Of a DNA stretch of 64,000 nt, positions 36,675 to 45,806 are shown in pieces (position 1 is the first letter of the stretch; each line of letters opens with the position of its first letter). The stretch spans positions 93,471 through 157,470 of the forward strand of contig CACNHX010000001.1 of the NCBI GenBank assembly GCA_902620425.1. Direction: 5' to 3'. The position numbers were made by a program, and so were the translations under genes. The DNA is from an uncultured Alphaproteobacteria bacterium (GTDB lineage: Bacteria > Pseudomonadota > Alphaproteobacteria > HIMB59 > GCA-002718135). The notes below the pieces were generated by a model, which ran no database searches, was not told the DNA's origin, and saw nothing but the letters and a program-made list of their open reading frames with translations.

Positions 36675-37886
36675 TTATTTGTATTCTTCTAACTCTTCAG
36701 CTGCTTCAGCTACTAGATCTGCAGCATCTCCTTCACCAAGAATTGCACCTTGGATCATAGAGTTCATAACAGTTTGAAAAGCTTTGTAGTCTACAAATAG
36801 TGGCTCTGGTCCACCATCGCCAATTGCATCAATAAACATCATCCAATAATCTTCATTGTATGGGGCTTCATTCCCAATTTGAGGATATTGCATAATTGGT
36901 GTTAGACCCCAATCAGTATCTAGACTGTATTGAGAGTCACCTGATGTAATTATACTAGCTAATTCCATTGCTTCTTTTTCAACACCTGTGTTTGAGAAAA
37001 CTGCAACACTATCAGTGATTAAAAGCGTACCCTGACTTCCTTGTGGTCCAGCTGGAATTCTAACTGTTTTAACATCTAGACCTTCCTTATGCTGACCTCT
37101 ACCCCAAGGTCCATTAATATACATAGCAATTTTTTCGTCATTAAATAGTTCTGTTAACTGAGATCTCTCCCAAGCTAAAGGACCTTCTTGAGCAACGTTT
37201 GCTAACTTTCCATAAAATTCTAATGTTTCAACAGTATTAGATGAATTCAAAGTTATTTCATTTGTCATTGGATCAATAACTTGTCCTCCATTACTGTATA
37301 AGTAGTTTAAGAATTGGTGCATAGTATTATCAAAATCTTTACCAGCTAGTCCAATTCCTGCTGCTCCATCAACATTTTTTGTTACAGCTTCAGCCATTGA
37401 ATATAATTCATCCCAAGTTTGAGGACCTTCACATGCAACACCTGCTTTTTCTAAAAGACCACAATTCATGAAAAGTGCTTTAGTTGAAAACGCATGAGGG
37501 AAACCCCAAGTTTTACCCATGTGTGTAACTGTGTTTAGGATACCCGGTTGATACATTGCTTTTTGAGAAGCAGGTATATTTGTTTCTAAAATATGTCCGT
37601 TTTCTGCAAGACCTTTTAGAGTTCTTGATCCAACATATGAAAATGCAACAGGATCACCTGCAATAGCAAGATTGATTACTTTATCTTGACATGTTCCCCA
37701 AGGAACAGCCTCTAGAGTTACAGTAACTCCAGGATTGTCTTCCATGTACTTATCAGCTATTTCAACATAATTAGGTCGAAGCTCACCGCCACAAAATACT
37801 CCGTGTACTTCAGCAGCATAAGTTTTGAAACCAACTAGTGAAAGTATAGCTATTGTAAGAAATGAAGATAGTTTTTTGAAATTCAT
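36675..37886 (-). CDS. Family-1 extracellular solute-binding protein (CUT1; probable chitobiose/GlcNAc-type by context)
   Basis: 403 aa. Signal peptide MNFKKLSSFLTIAILSLVGFKTYA. GGAGG SD (complement of 37891-37895). Confidence 0.8.
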   Translation of the reverse strand: MNFKKLSSFLTIAILSLVGFKTYAAEVHGVFCGGELRPNYVEIADKYMEDNPGVTVTLEAVPWGTCQDKVINLAIAGDPVAFSYVGSRTLKGLAENGHILETNIPASQKAMYQPGILNTVTHMGKTWGFPHAFSTKALFMNCGLLEKAGVACEGPQTWDELYSMAEAVTKNVDGAAGIGLAGKDFDNTMHQFLNYLYSNGGQVIDPMTNEITLNSSNTVETLEFYGKLANVAQEGPLAWERSQLTELFNDEKIAMYINGPWGRGQHKEGLDVKTVRIPAGPQGSQGTLLITDSVAVFSNTGVEKEAMELASIITSGDSQYSLDTDWGLTPIMQYPQIGNEAPYNEDYWMMFIDAIGDGGPEPLFVDYKAFQTVMNSMIQGAILGEGDAADLVAEAAEELEEYK

Positions 37887-37961
37887 AATTCCTCCATTTA
37901 AATATAAAAAAGAGATAACATTAACTGGCTCTATGAAGCAAGTTAGTTTTTGGGTATTTTT

Positions 37962-38801
37962 CTAGTTTTTTACCGCCCCAGAAGTAAGTCCAGCAACAAT
38001 ATATTTCTGTAGAAAAAGGAAAATTATTAAGACAGGGGCAATCCCAACAAGAGAGGCTGCCATCATTTCATTCCATTTGACTGTTGTGTAACCAATAAAT
38101 TCATACAGCCCTGAAGGGATAGGCATATATTCTTTTTTCTGATTAAATGTAATCGCAAATAAGAATTGTTGAGCATAAGATCCTATAAAAGCGTATATCC
38201 CAACAACTACCAGACCAGGTGTACTAAGAGGTGCGATTATGTGTCTGAGTATTTGTACTCTTGAAGCCCCATCTACAAAAGCTGCCTCTTCTAAATCTAT
38301 TGGTATTTTCTCAAAGTAAGACTTTAGCAACCAAATTGCAGTTGGAATTAAAAAAGCCACACCGGGAACAATCATAGCTTGATATGTATTTAGCAAACCA
38401 AATGTTCTTAATACTTTATAGAGAGGAATTAATAAAACTGCCCCTGAAAACATATTAATTGCTAATAAAATATAGAGTGAAGAATTTTTAAAAGGAAATT
38501 TAAAACGTGCATAAGAGTAAGCTGCAGGAATTACAAAAAGCAAAGTAATAATAGAAGTAACTGAGGCAAGAAAAAAACTATTAAAAATATATCGTGGAAG
38601 CATTGGTACTGTATTCCACATTTCTCGATAAGCCCAAAAAGATAAATCATCTGAATAAAATTGGTATGGCGAACGAAATAAATGATCTAAAGGTCGAAGC
38701 GATGCATAAAACATTTCGACAAAAGGCAAAAGAATAAAAATCATAAAGATTAATATTCCTAAATATAATAATATCTTTTCGTATATATTATATTTATCCA
38801 A
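37962..38801 (-). CDS. CUT1 sugar ABC permease, MalG-type, tandem copy A
   Basis: 279 aa. EAA loop DLEEAAFVDGASRVQILRHIIAPLS. TTG start (38801) 1 nt after the stop of copy B. Confidence 0.8.
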   Translation of the reverse strand: MDKYNIYEKILLYLGILIFMIFILLPFVEMFYASLRPLDHLFRSPYQFYSDDLSFWAYREMWNTVPMLPRYIFNSFFLASVTSIITLLFVIPAAYSYARFKFPFKNSSLYILLAINMFSGAVLLIPLYKVLRTFGLLNTYQAMIVPGVAFLIPTAIWLLKSYFEKIPIDLEEAAFVDGASRVQILRHIIAPLSTPGLVVVGIYAFIGSYAQQFLFAITFNQKKEYMPIPSGLYEFIGYTTVKWNEMMAASLVGIAPVLIIFLFLQKYIVAGLTSGAVKN

Positions 38802-38802
38802 T

Positions 38803-39642
38803 TTAGTTTTTTACCGCACCTGCGGTAAGTCCCTCAACTATATACTTTTGTAAAAATACAAATAATAATAAAACAGGCAACATTCCTACTAAAGCAGCTG
38901 CCATCATCTCATTCCATTTAACACTTTGATATCCTATAAATTCATATAACCCTGTTGGAATTGGCATATATTCTTTTTTCTGATTAAATGTAATCGCAAA
39001 TAAGAATTGTTGAGCATATGCACCTATAAATGCATAAATACCAACTACAACTAATCCAGGTGTACTTAAAGGAGCTATGATGTGTCTGAGTATTTGTACT
39101 CTTGAAGCCCCATCTACAAAAGCTGCCTCTTCTAAATCTATTGGTATTTTCTCAAAGTAAGACTTTAGCAACCAAATTGCAGTTGGAATTAAAAAAGCCA
39201 CACCAGGAATTATCATAGATTGATAACTATTTAATAAACCTAAAGTCCTTAAAAGTTTGTATAAAGGTATTAAAATTACTGCTCCTGAAAACATATTAAT
39301 TGCTAGGAGAACGTATAAGCTCGTATTCTTAGCTGGAAATTTAAAACGTGCGTATGCGTAGGCTGCAGGAATAACAAATATAAGAGTTAGTATAGCAACG
39401 CAGGAAGCCAGAAAAAAACTATTAAAAATATATCGTGGAAGCATTGGTACTGTATTCCACATTTCTCGATAAGCCCAAAAAGATAAATCATCTGAATAAA
39501 ATTGGTATGGTGAGCGAAATAAATGATCTAAGGGACGAAGCGATGCATAAAACATTTCAATAAAAGGCAAAAGAATAAAAGTCATGAAGACAAAGATGCC
39601 AAAATAGATCAATATTTTTTCAAAAGGATTATATTTATTCAT
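38803..39642 (-). CDS. CUT1 sugar ABC permease, MalG-type, tandem copy B
   Basis: The ORF track starts at a TTG (39669). The ATG at 39642 (MNKYNPFEK...) gives 279 aa, the same length and register as copy A, with an 8-nt overlap on the upstream gene. Confidence 0.8.
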   Translation of the reverse strand: MNKYNPFEKILIYFGIFVFMTFILLPFIEMFYASLRPLDHLFRSPYQFYSDDLSFWAYREMWNTVPMLPRYIFNSFFLASCVAILTLIFVIPAAYAYARFKFPAKNTSLYVLLAINMFSGAVILIPLYKLLRTLGLLNSYQSMIIPGVAFLIPTAIWLLKSYFEKIPIDLEEAAFVDGASRVQILRHIIAPLSTPGLVVVGIYAFIGAYAQQFLFAITFNQKKEYMPIPTGLYEFIGYQSVKWNEMMAAALVGMLPVLLLFVFLQKYIVEGLTAGAVKN

Positions 39643-40534
39643 GAGAAATTTTCTTATTAATTCTAGCAAGTAAAGCTAAGTAAAATCCTGCAAATAACAT
39701 TAGTAAAATCATTACGACTACGGCTCTAGCAGCACCTCTTCCAAATTTATAATTTCCTAATGCTTGTTTATAGGTGTCGATAATTAATGTAGTTGTTGAA
39801 CCTCTTGGCCCACCTTCAGTCAATATCCAAATTATTTCAAATGAGTTGAATGTCCAAATAGCAGATAGTAATGACATTGTAATAATGACAGGAGTGATTT
39901 GAGGTAATGTGATTTTAAAAAATCTATCCCATCTTGAAGCGCCATCACAATAAGCAGCTTCATATAAATCTCTTGGCACACCCTGCATTGCAGCTAGAAA
40001 GAAAACGGTTACCATTGGTGTTCCAACCCAAACATCGGCAATGATTGTAGAAATAAAGGCACTTTGTTTGTAAGCAAGAAATCCAAAAGGACCGTCCAAA
40101 ATACCAGTTCGCATACCTACACCTGCGATAATTCCAAAATACCCGTTATATAACCATAACCAGCCAAGCATACCAATTGCAATTGGAACTACCCATGGCG
40201 GCATTACAAGCACTCTGAAAATTGATCTTCCTTTTAAATTAGCATTAAGTAAAACAGCTCCAATTAAACCAATGATAAGTTTTAAAGAGACTGAAAAAAA
40301 CATCCAAACAAATGTTCTGGTCACTATTCCATTAAATTTTTTACTAGAAAACATTTTTTGATAATTTTCTAAGCCAACATAATCTTCTCCTGCTAAACTA
40401 GAATTTGTAAAAGATAATCTAATTGTTTCTAATAATGGCCAAGCAACAATAAGAATTATATAAATAGCAGCAGGAGCAATTAGTGCATATGCTATATATG
40501 TTTGGGCGGTATATGATTTTAATTTTTGATTCAT
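39635..40534 (-). CDS. CUT1 sugar ABC permease (MalF-type)
   Basis: 299 aa. EAA loop DLYEAAYCDGASRWDRFFKITLP. Confidence 0.85.
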   Translation of the reverse strand: MNQKLKSYTAQTYIAYALIAPAAIYIILIVAWPLLETIRLSFTNSSLAGEDYVGLENYQKMFSSKKFNGIVTRTFVWMFFSVSLKLIIGLIGAVLLNANLKGRSIFRVLVMPPWVVPIAIGMLGWLWLYNGYFGIIAGVGMRTGILDGPFGFLAYKQSAFISTIIADVWVGTPMVTVFFLAAMQGVPRDLYEAAYCDGASRWDRFFKITLPQITPVIITMSLLSAIWTFNSFEIIWILTEGGPRGSTTTLIIDTYKQALGNYKFGRGAARAVVVMILLMLFAGFYLALLARINKKISHE

Positions 40535-40539
40535 AATTA

Positions 40540-41685
40540 CTAATTTAATAGGGAGTCGAATTTATCCCAAGTGCTTGTTAAGTCAATTACTTTACCAGTA
40601 TTTCTAGCTTCATCAATTTTCATAGCAACAATTCCTGCCTCCATACATTCTATTACACCAACTGGTAATTCTTTATTATTTTTTAATAAATAATTGTTAA
40701 TGTCTTGAGCCATCATGCTATCTGCGCCATAATGACCTTTAATTTCTTTTCCAAAAGCTGCTCCATAATCTTCATCAATAAGTAAATTATTATTTTCATC
40801 ATGAGCTTTCATAAATCCTTTAACAAAATCTCCCTCAATCATTCCCGCAGATCCTATGACTGCAAATCTTCGAAATTCGTCTGGAACTTTCATATTAGTA
40901 TGAAAAGATAGTACTGCTTTATTTGCATATTCTATTATTGCTACTTGATGATCGACGATATCAGCATCACTATCAAAAACATTTGATTTTGACTCCCAAC
41001 CTTTTAGCCTGTCTTTTGTATATTGTTCATGAGAACCCTCTGGAAGATTTTCGGGTATAAAAGATCTTCTTGAACCAAAACTAGCAACTTTAATAGGTCT
41101 GCTCTTCGTAATCATTGAATAAAAGTCAATGTCATGACAACATTTTTCCAGCATAAAACCTCCAGAATATTTTTGTTTTCTTCTCCAGTTTCTCATAAAA
41201 AAAGCACCGTGCGAAGGTACGATATGTTCTGAAGCTTCAATCGATATTATATTTCCAATAGCATTTTGATCTAATAATTTTCTCACAGATCTTGCTTGCT
41301 GTGAATATCTTAAAACTAAGCCAACAATAATTCTTTCTTTGCCATATTCTTTTATTAATTTTGCTAACTCAAAAGTTTCTTGTTCGCTTATTACTATAGG
41401 TTTCTCAGCAAATATTTGTAATCCTGCTCTTAATCCAAGCTTAATATGATCTAAATGTAAATGATTGGGGGACCCAATCATTAACATATCTAGTTTCTCT
41501 CGATCCAACATTTCGTTTAAACTTGAATATGATTTATTTGGAAAAAAATTATTTTTCTCAGCAAAATCTTTACCTATTGGCTGAGGATCTACATAAGCAA
41601 CCATTTCAAAATTTGGATTAACTTTTGAAAATTCATTATAAACACCTGCTGTCCTACTCCCAAAACCGACTGCGCCTATTTTCAT
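40540..41685 (-). CDS. Gfo/Idh/MocA-family oxidoreductase
   Basis: 381 aa. MKIGAVGFGSRTAG and FAEKPIV. Same subfamily as 18702..19901 (shared WR..QKYSGG, SFGSR and HYGAD strings). Confidence 0.8.
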   Translation of the reverse strand: MKIGAVGFGSRTAGVYNEFSKVNPNFEMVAYVDPQPIGKDFAEKNNFFPNKSYSSLNEMLDREKLDMLMIGSPNHLHLDHIKLGLRAGLQIFAEKPIVISEQETFELAKLIKEYGKERIIVGLVLRYSQQARSVRKLLDQNAIGNIISIEASEHIVPSHGAFFMRNWRRKQKYSGGFMLEKCCHDIDFYSMITKSRPIKVASFGSRRSFIPENLPEGSHEQYTKDRLKGWESKSNVFDSDADIVDHQVAIIEYANKAVLSFHTNMKVPDEFRRFAVIGSAGMIEGDFVKGFMKAHDENNNLLIDEDYGAAFGKEIKGHYGADSMMAQDINNYLLKNNKELPVGVIECMEAGIVAMKIDEARNTGKVIDLTSTWDKFDSLLN

Positions 41686-41703
41686 ATTTATTTTACTTTA
41701 ACA

Positions 41704-43566
41704 TTAAAAATTGTGATATCGCCAGCCTAATTTTTTTAAAAAATCCATAGAATGTAGAAGTGCTGAACGAAATTCTATCCATTTTCTTGAAATTTTTCCT
41801 TTCCATGCAACTTCTGATAAAGTTGCTAATCTTGGATTGATCATTTGATCAAAAAATTTTTTATCTGTAATTGTCTCTGACCACAGTTGACCTTGTAACC
41901 CTTTTATCAATTCTGATTTATTTAAATCTTTTATTGGGTCCCATTCATAAATATCTTTTACCTCTATAGTTGCAGCCCAACAAATACCTCTTTCTTCAGT
42001 TGAATTATTATAAGCCATATCAAAATATGTTTTTTGACCGGGACAAAGTATTGTTTCAAATCCCTTATTTGTAGTTTCTTTTGCAACATCTGAATGCTCC
42101 CATGAAAAGATCAAACATGATTTATCAATTTTTCCAGCACTTCCACCCACACCATGATCGATATGAGGAGACACTGCCGCCTCATTCCATGCAGCTGTTC
42201 TTTTATTTTTTGATTTTAGAAAATCTATTAAAAAATTCATATAGTAATCTTGATATTCCTCTTGTGATTTAATATTATTTTTTTTCATAAACTCGATAAT
42301 TGCTGGAGAACCTTCCCAGGCATTACTTGGTCTTTCATCAACGCCAACATGAATTACATCATATGAGAAAATATCACTTACTTCATTCAACATATCTTTT
42401 AAAAAAGTTATAGTTTTTTCTAAGGAAGGATTTATTGTATTATTCTTATACGAACCAACATCTTCACTAACTATATTTGAAGACTGTTCCCTAAGGTCTG
42501 GCATAATTTCTAGTAATGCCCAAGAATGTGCTGGTAAATCAATTTCAGGCATAATTTCGATATTTAATTTTTTTGCATATATAATTAAATCTTTGATATC
42601 TTCCTGTGAGTAATATCCGCCGTATTTATCATAACCACTTCCGTACAATGGTGGTATTTTAAAATTATATCCTCTGTATCCCCCATTTAATGCTAGATCT
42701 GGATATTTTCTAATTTCAATTCTCCACGCTTCGTTATCTGTTAAATGCCAATGAAATCTATTAAGCTTAAATAATGCCATGTAATTAAATAAACGTTTGA
42801 TTTCATTAATAGTATAGAATTGTCTTGCACAATCGAGATGCATTCCTCTCCATTGATATTTTGGATTATCGTGAATTGTACAAATTGGAAGCTTTGTTTG
42901 ATAGAAATCAATTAAATGAACTAAAGATATAAGACCATATAGCTTTCCACCATAAGTATTGAATTTAATCTCAATATTATCTTTTGTTATATGCATAAAA
43001 TATTGATCGTTTAATAACTGATCATCTTTTTCAAAAAAAATTGGAAATCCTTTTTCAGAAGTAAAATTAATATCCAATTTGTAAATAACATTTTGCAAAT
43101 TAGAAATAATTTCAATTTCCGTATTTAGATTAAATGTTTTATTTTCAATATTTACAAATTCATTTTGTAAATAAATTTTTTCTGGCTCAGGAATAATAGG
43201 TATAAAATTTTTTGTTTTTAAATCTTCATAAGTTTTCTTTTTAATTGGTTTTTCAAATATCAAATCTGAAACATTTATATTTAATTTACTATTGTTTAAT
43301 GTATCAATAATGAAAATACCTTCCGGACCACACGAAAGGTTGAAGTTACCAATTTTAGGAATTTGTAAATCTAATAAAATTGTATTTTTTTTTATAGATA
43401 ACTCGTAATAACGTCCAATTTGTTTTGTTATTTCACCTCCTGATATAGATTTTATTGAATAAACTAATGAGAAACACAGTTTCAAATTTGAAACTACTAA
43501 TTTATCATCAAGAATAATTTTTAATTTATTTTCATTTGTAAAAGATATATTAATTTGATTAGTCAT
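41704..43566 (-). CDS. GH20 beta-N-acetylhexosaminidase (cytoplasmic chitobiase-like)
   Basis: 620 aa. GMHLDCARQF, FHWHLTDNEAWR, and the catalytic D-E pair in IHVGVDE. No signal peptide. Confidence 0.85.
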   Translation of the reverse strand: MTNQINISFTNENKLKIILDDKLVVSNLKLCFSLVYSIKSISGGEITKQIGRYYELSIKKNTILLDLQIPKIGNFNLSCGPEGIFIIDTLNNSKLNINVSDLIFEKPIKKKTYEDLKTKNFIPIIPEPEKIYLQNEFVNIENKTFNLNTEIEIISNLQNVIYKLDINFTSEKGFPIFFEKDDQLLNDQYFMHITKDNIEIKFNTYGGKLYGLISLVHLIDFYQTKLPICTIHDNPKYQWRGMHLDCARQFYTINEIKRLFNYMALFKLNRFHWHLTDNEAWRIEIRKYPDLALNGGYRGYNFKIPPLYGSGYDKYGGYYSQEDIKDLIIYAKKLNIEIMPEIDLPAHSWALLEIMPDLREQSSNIVSEDVGSYKNNTINPSLEKTITFLKDMLNEVSDIFSYDVIHVGVDERPSNAWEGSPAIIEFMKKNNIKSQEEYQDYYMNFLIDFLKSKNKRTAAWNEAAVSPHIDHGVGGSAGKIDKSCLIFSWEHSDVAKETTNKGFETILCPGQKTYFDMAYNNSTEERGICWAATIEVKDIYEWDPIKDLNKSELIKGLQGQLWSETITDKKFFDQMINPRLATLSEVAWKGKISRKWIEFRSALLHSMDFLKKLGWRYHNF

Positions 43567-43579
43567 AACTAGTAATTAT

Positions 43580-44647
43580 ATGAGTTTTAAAGATATATTT
43601 AATATAGACGCAGAAGTAAAGGAAAGTGCTCATGCAAGAGTAAATTTAATTGGTGAACATACCGATTATACTGGTGGATATGTCATGCCTACACTTTTAT
43701 CTTTTAAAAATACCATTGAGATATCTCAAAATAATTCTAATGAATTCACAGTTTATTCTCAACATTTTAAAGAAAAAAAAACATTCAATGATTTCAAAAA
43801 ATCAATAAACAATGAGTGGGTTGATTATATAAAAGGTTGTTTGCATATTTTTTTTGATGAAAATAAGATTTCATCTAGATTTTTAAACATTTTTATTTCA
43901 TCTGATATACCTTTAGAAAGAGGTATTTCATCATCTTCAGCATTGTGTGTTGCTACACTAAAAGCACTTAATACTTTTTTTGAAACAAAAATCAAAGATC
44001 CAGAAATTGCAAAATTAGCAAAGAAAGTAGAATTCAACTATATAGGTGTTTCTGGTGGAATAATGGATCAAATGGTCTCTTCTATTGGTATTCATGGCAA
44101 AGCATTTTTTATGAATTGTAAGAATTTAGAATACGAACTTATTAATTTTCCAGAAAATTGGAAATTTTGTTTGATTGACTCTGAAGTACAACGAAATTTA
44201 AGAGATAGCTCTTATAATGAAAGATTTGCTGAACTCCAAGAGGCTGAAAAAAAACTTGGTGTAGAATATTTAGGTGAAGTTAAAAAAGAAAATTTTCAAA
44301 CAAATAAATTTGAAAATAATACTATAGCAAAAAGAGCAAAGCATGTAGTTTTTGAAAATGATAGAGTGATTAATGCGAAAAAAAATTTAATAGAAAATAA
44401 TATTCAGGAGTTTGGAAAATTAATGAATGAAAGTCACGTATCATATTCTAAAGATTTTGAAGCATCTACTTTAGATGTTGATTTAATTGTTCAGAGATCG
44501 GTTGCATGTGGTGCTCTTGGCGCCAGATTGACTGGTGGTGGATTTGGTGGTTTTACAGTTTCATTAATTGAAAGAAATAATTATAGTAATTGGTATAGTA
44601 AAATATTAAATTTTTATCCTGCTGAAAAGATCTTCGAAGTCAATTAG
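43580..44647 (+). CDS. galK: Galactokinase-family GHMP sugar kinase
   Basis: 355 aa. Galactokinase signature ARVNLIGEHTDYTGGYVMP and GHMP ATP loop PLERGISSSSAL. Confidence 0.75.
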   Translation: MSFKDIFNIDAEVKESAHARVNLIGEHTDYTGGYVMPTLLSFKNTIEISQNNSNEFTVYSQHFKEKKTFNDFKKSINNEWVDYIKGCLHIFFDENKISSRFLNIFISSDIPLERGISSSSALCVATLKALNTFFETKIKDPEIAKLAKKVEFNYIGVSGGIMDQMVSSIGIHGKAFFMNCKNLEYELINFPENWKFCLIDSEVQRNLRDSSYNERFAELQEAEKKLGVEYLGEVKKENFQTNKFENNTIAKRAKHVVFENDRVINAKKNLIENNIQEFGKLMNESHVSYSKDFEASTLDVDLIVQRSVACGALGARLTGGGFGGFTVSLIERNNYSNWYSKILNFYPAEKIFEVN

Positions 44648-45720
44648 GGTTTTAGTAATCTTCTAAGCTTACCCTCAGTGACATCATGATCAATATAACA
44701 TCCTTGTAGATGTCTAAAACCAGTATTTGGATCAAATTTAGTTCTTCCATGTAATAATCTCAGGTTATCAAACATTGCAATCATTCCTCTAGATAATCTA
44801 AATTTAATTTTGAAATCATCAGAGTTACAAAGTTTGAACATATATTTTCTAGCATTATAAAAGAGATCAAGATTGTTTTCCTCTAATAATGGAACATAAT
44901 CAAGTCTTCCACTAAATCGTATTTGTCTAAAGTTATTATTATGGTCTAGTTCAATTAATTTTGCTTCATCAACTAAAATAGTATCAATATCTGTAAATTT
45001 AAAAGTAACATTAGTTTCAGTTAATACTTTATAAAATTCAGGTTGGTTATGTTTTAAAAAATTTGCAACACTAAAACCATCAACTAAACTTGAGTCTCCT
45101 CCTGTAGATTCATTAGCAATACAATGAAGTAATTGAATTCCGGGAACAGGCTTTCTATATGGGTTATCAGAATGCGAAGTTAACTCTAATGCAGTATAGG
45201 CAAGGTCATTTGGATTTGGTTTTGAGACAACGTTAAATAATTTTCCAAAATTTGTTGCTCGAACTGGGCCTAATTTTTCAGCAAAATTTATAACTTCATC
45301 TTCTTCTGCTTTTGTATTTTCAATTATTACATAACCATATTGATAAAATACTTTAAGCATATTGATAAGTTCCTTTTTATTCTCAAAGATTTTATTATTA
45401 TCAAAAATCTCCAAATTTTGTTCACTGACATTCCATATTTTTTTTTCAGGTATGACATCAATATTATTGATTTCATTATAAAGATCATCAATATTAAAAG
45501 ATCCTTTTGCTCCATCACTAAATTCAACATTTAATATATTTTCGTTAACATGATGAGAATTTATAAATAGATTATCATCTAAAAGGCTTGGTTCATATAA
45601 ACGTTGTAAATTATTTTGGTCTACAAATTCACTCCCATTTAATCTTTCACGAAGCCAAATGCTATGAAGTTTAAACTCTGATAATTTTCCTTCATTAATA
45701 GAAATTATTTTTTTTCCCAT
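44644..45720 (-). CDS. Gamma-butyrobetaine/trimethyllysine dioxygenase-family Fe(II)/2OG oxygenase
   Basis: 358 aa. LTSHSDNPY (H-x-D), IQLLHCIANESTGGDSSLVDGF and FDNLRLLHGR closely parallel my recollection of animal BBOX1. The N-terminal DUF971-like domain lacks the C-x-C-x2-C zinc triad. Confidence 0.8.
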   Translation of the reverse strand: MGKKIISINEGKLSEFKLHSIWLRERLNGSEFVDQNNLQRLYEPSLLDDNLFINSHHVNENILNVEFSDGAKGSFNIDDLYNEINNIDVIPEKKIWNVSEQNLEIFDNNKIFENKKELINMLKVFYQYGYVIIENTKAEEDEVINFAEKLGPVRATNFGKLFNVVSKPNPNDLAYTALELTSHSDNPYRKPVPGIQLLHCIANESTGGDSSLVDGFSVANFLKHNQPEFYKVLTETNVTFKFTDIDTILVDEAKLIELDHNNNFRQIRFSGRLDYVPLLEENNLDLFYNARKYMFKLCNSDDFKIKFRLSRGMIAMFDNLRLLHGRTKFDPNTGFRHLQGCYIDHDVTEGKLRRLLKP

Positions 45721-45806
45721 TTTTAGTTTATTAATTAATATTTAAATTTGTGTAAATTATAAATTATAGTTAAAAATTAAAAAATGGTTGAGAAATAAGT
45801 GATTAA

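Larger units (their letters stand above)
37962..39642. repeat. Tandem gene duplication with an 841-bp period
   Basis: Copy A position x aligns to x+841 in copy B. Perfectly identical blocks are 38122-38177 (56 nt), 38239-38363 (125 nt) and 38569-38669 (101 nt), separated by diverged stretches. Confidence 0.95.

Noticed and set aside
37962-39642. The 841-bp repeat, considered as an insertion sequence or other mobile element.
   Set aside because: Both units encode ordinary MalG-type permeases in operon register. There are no terminal inverted repeats, transposase or target duplications, so it is a tandem gene duplication.
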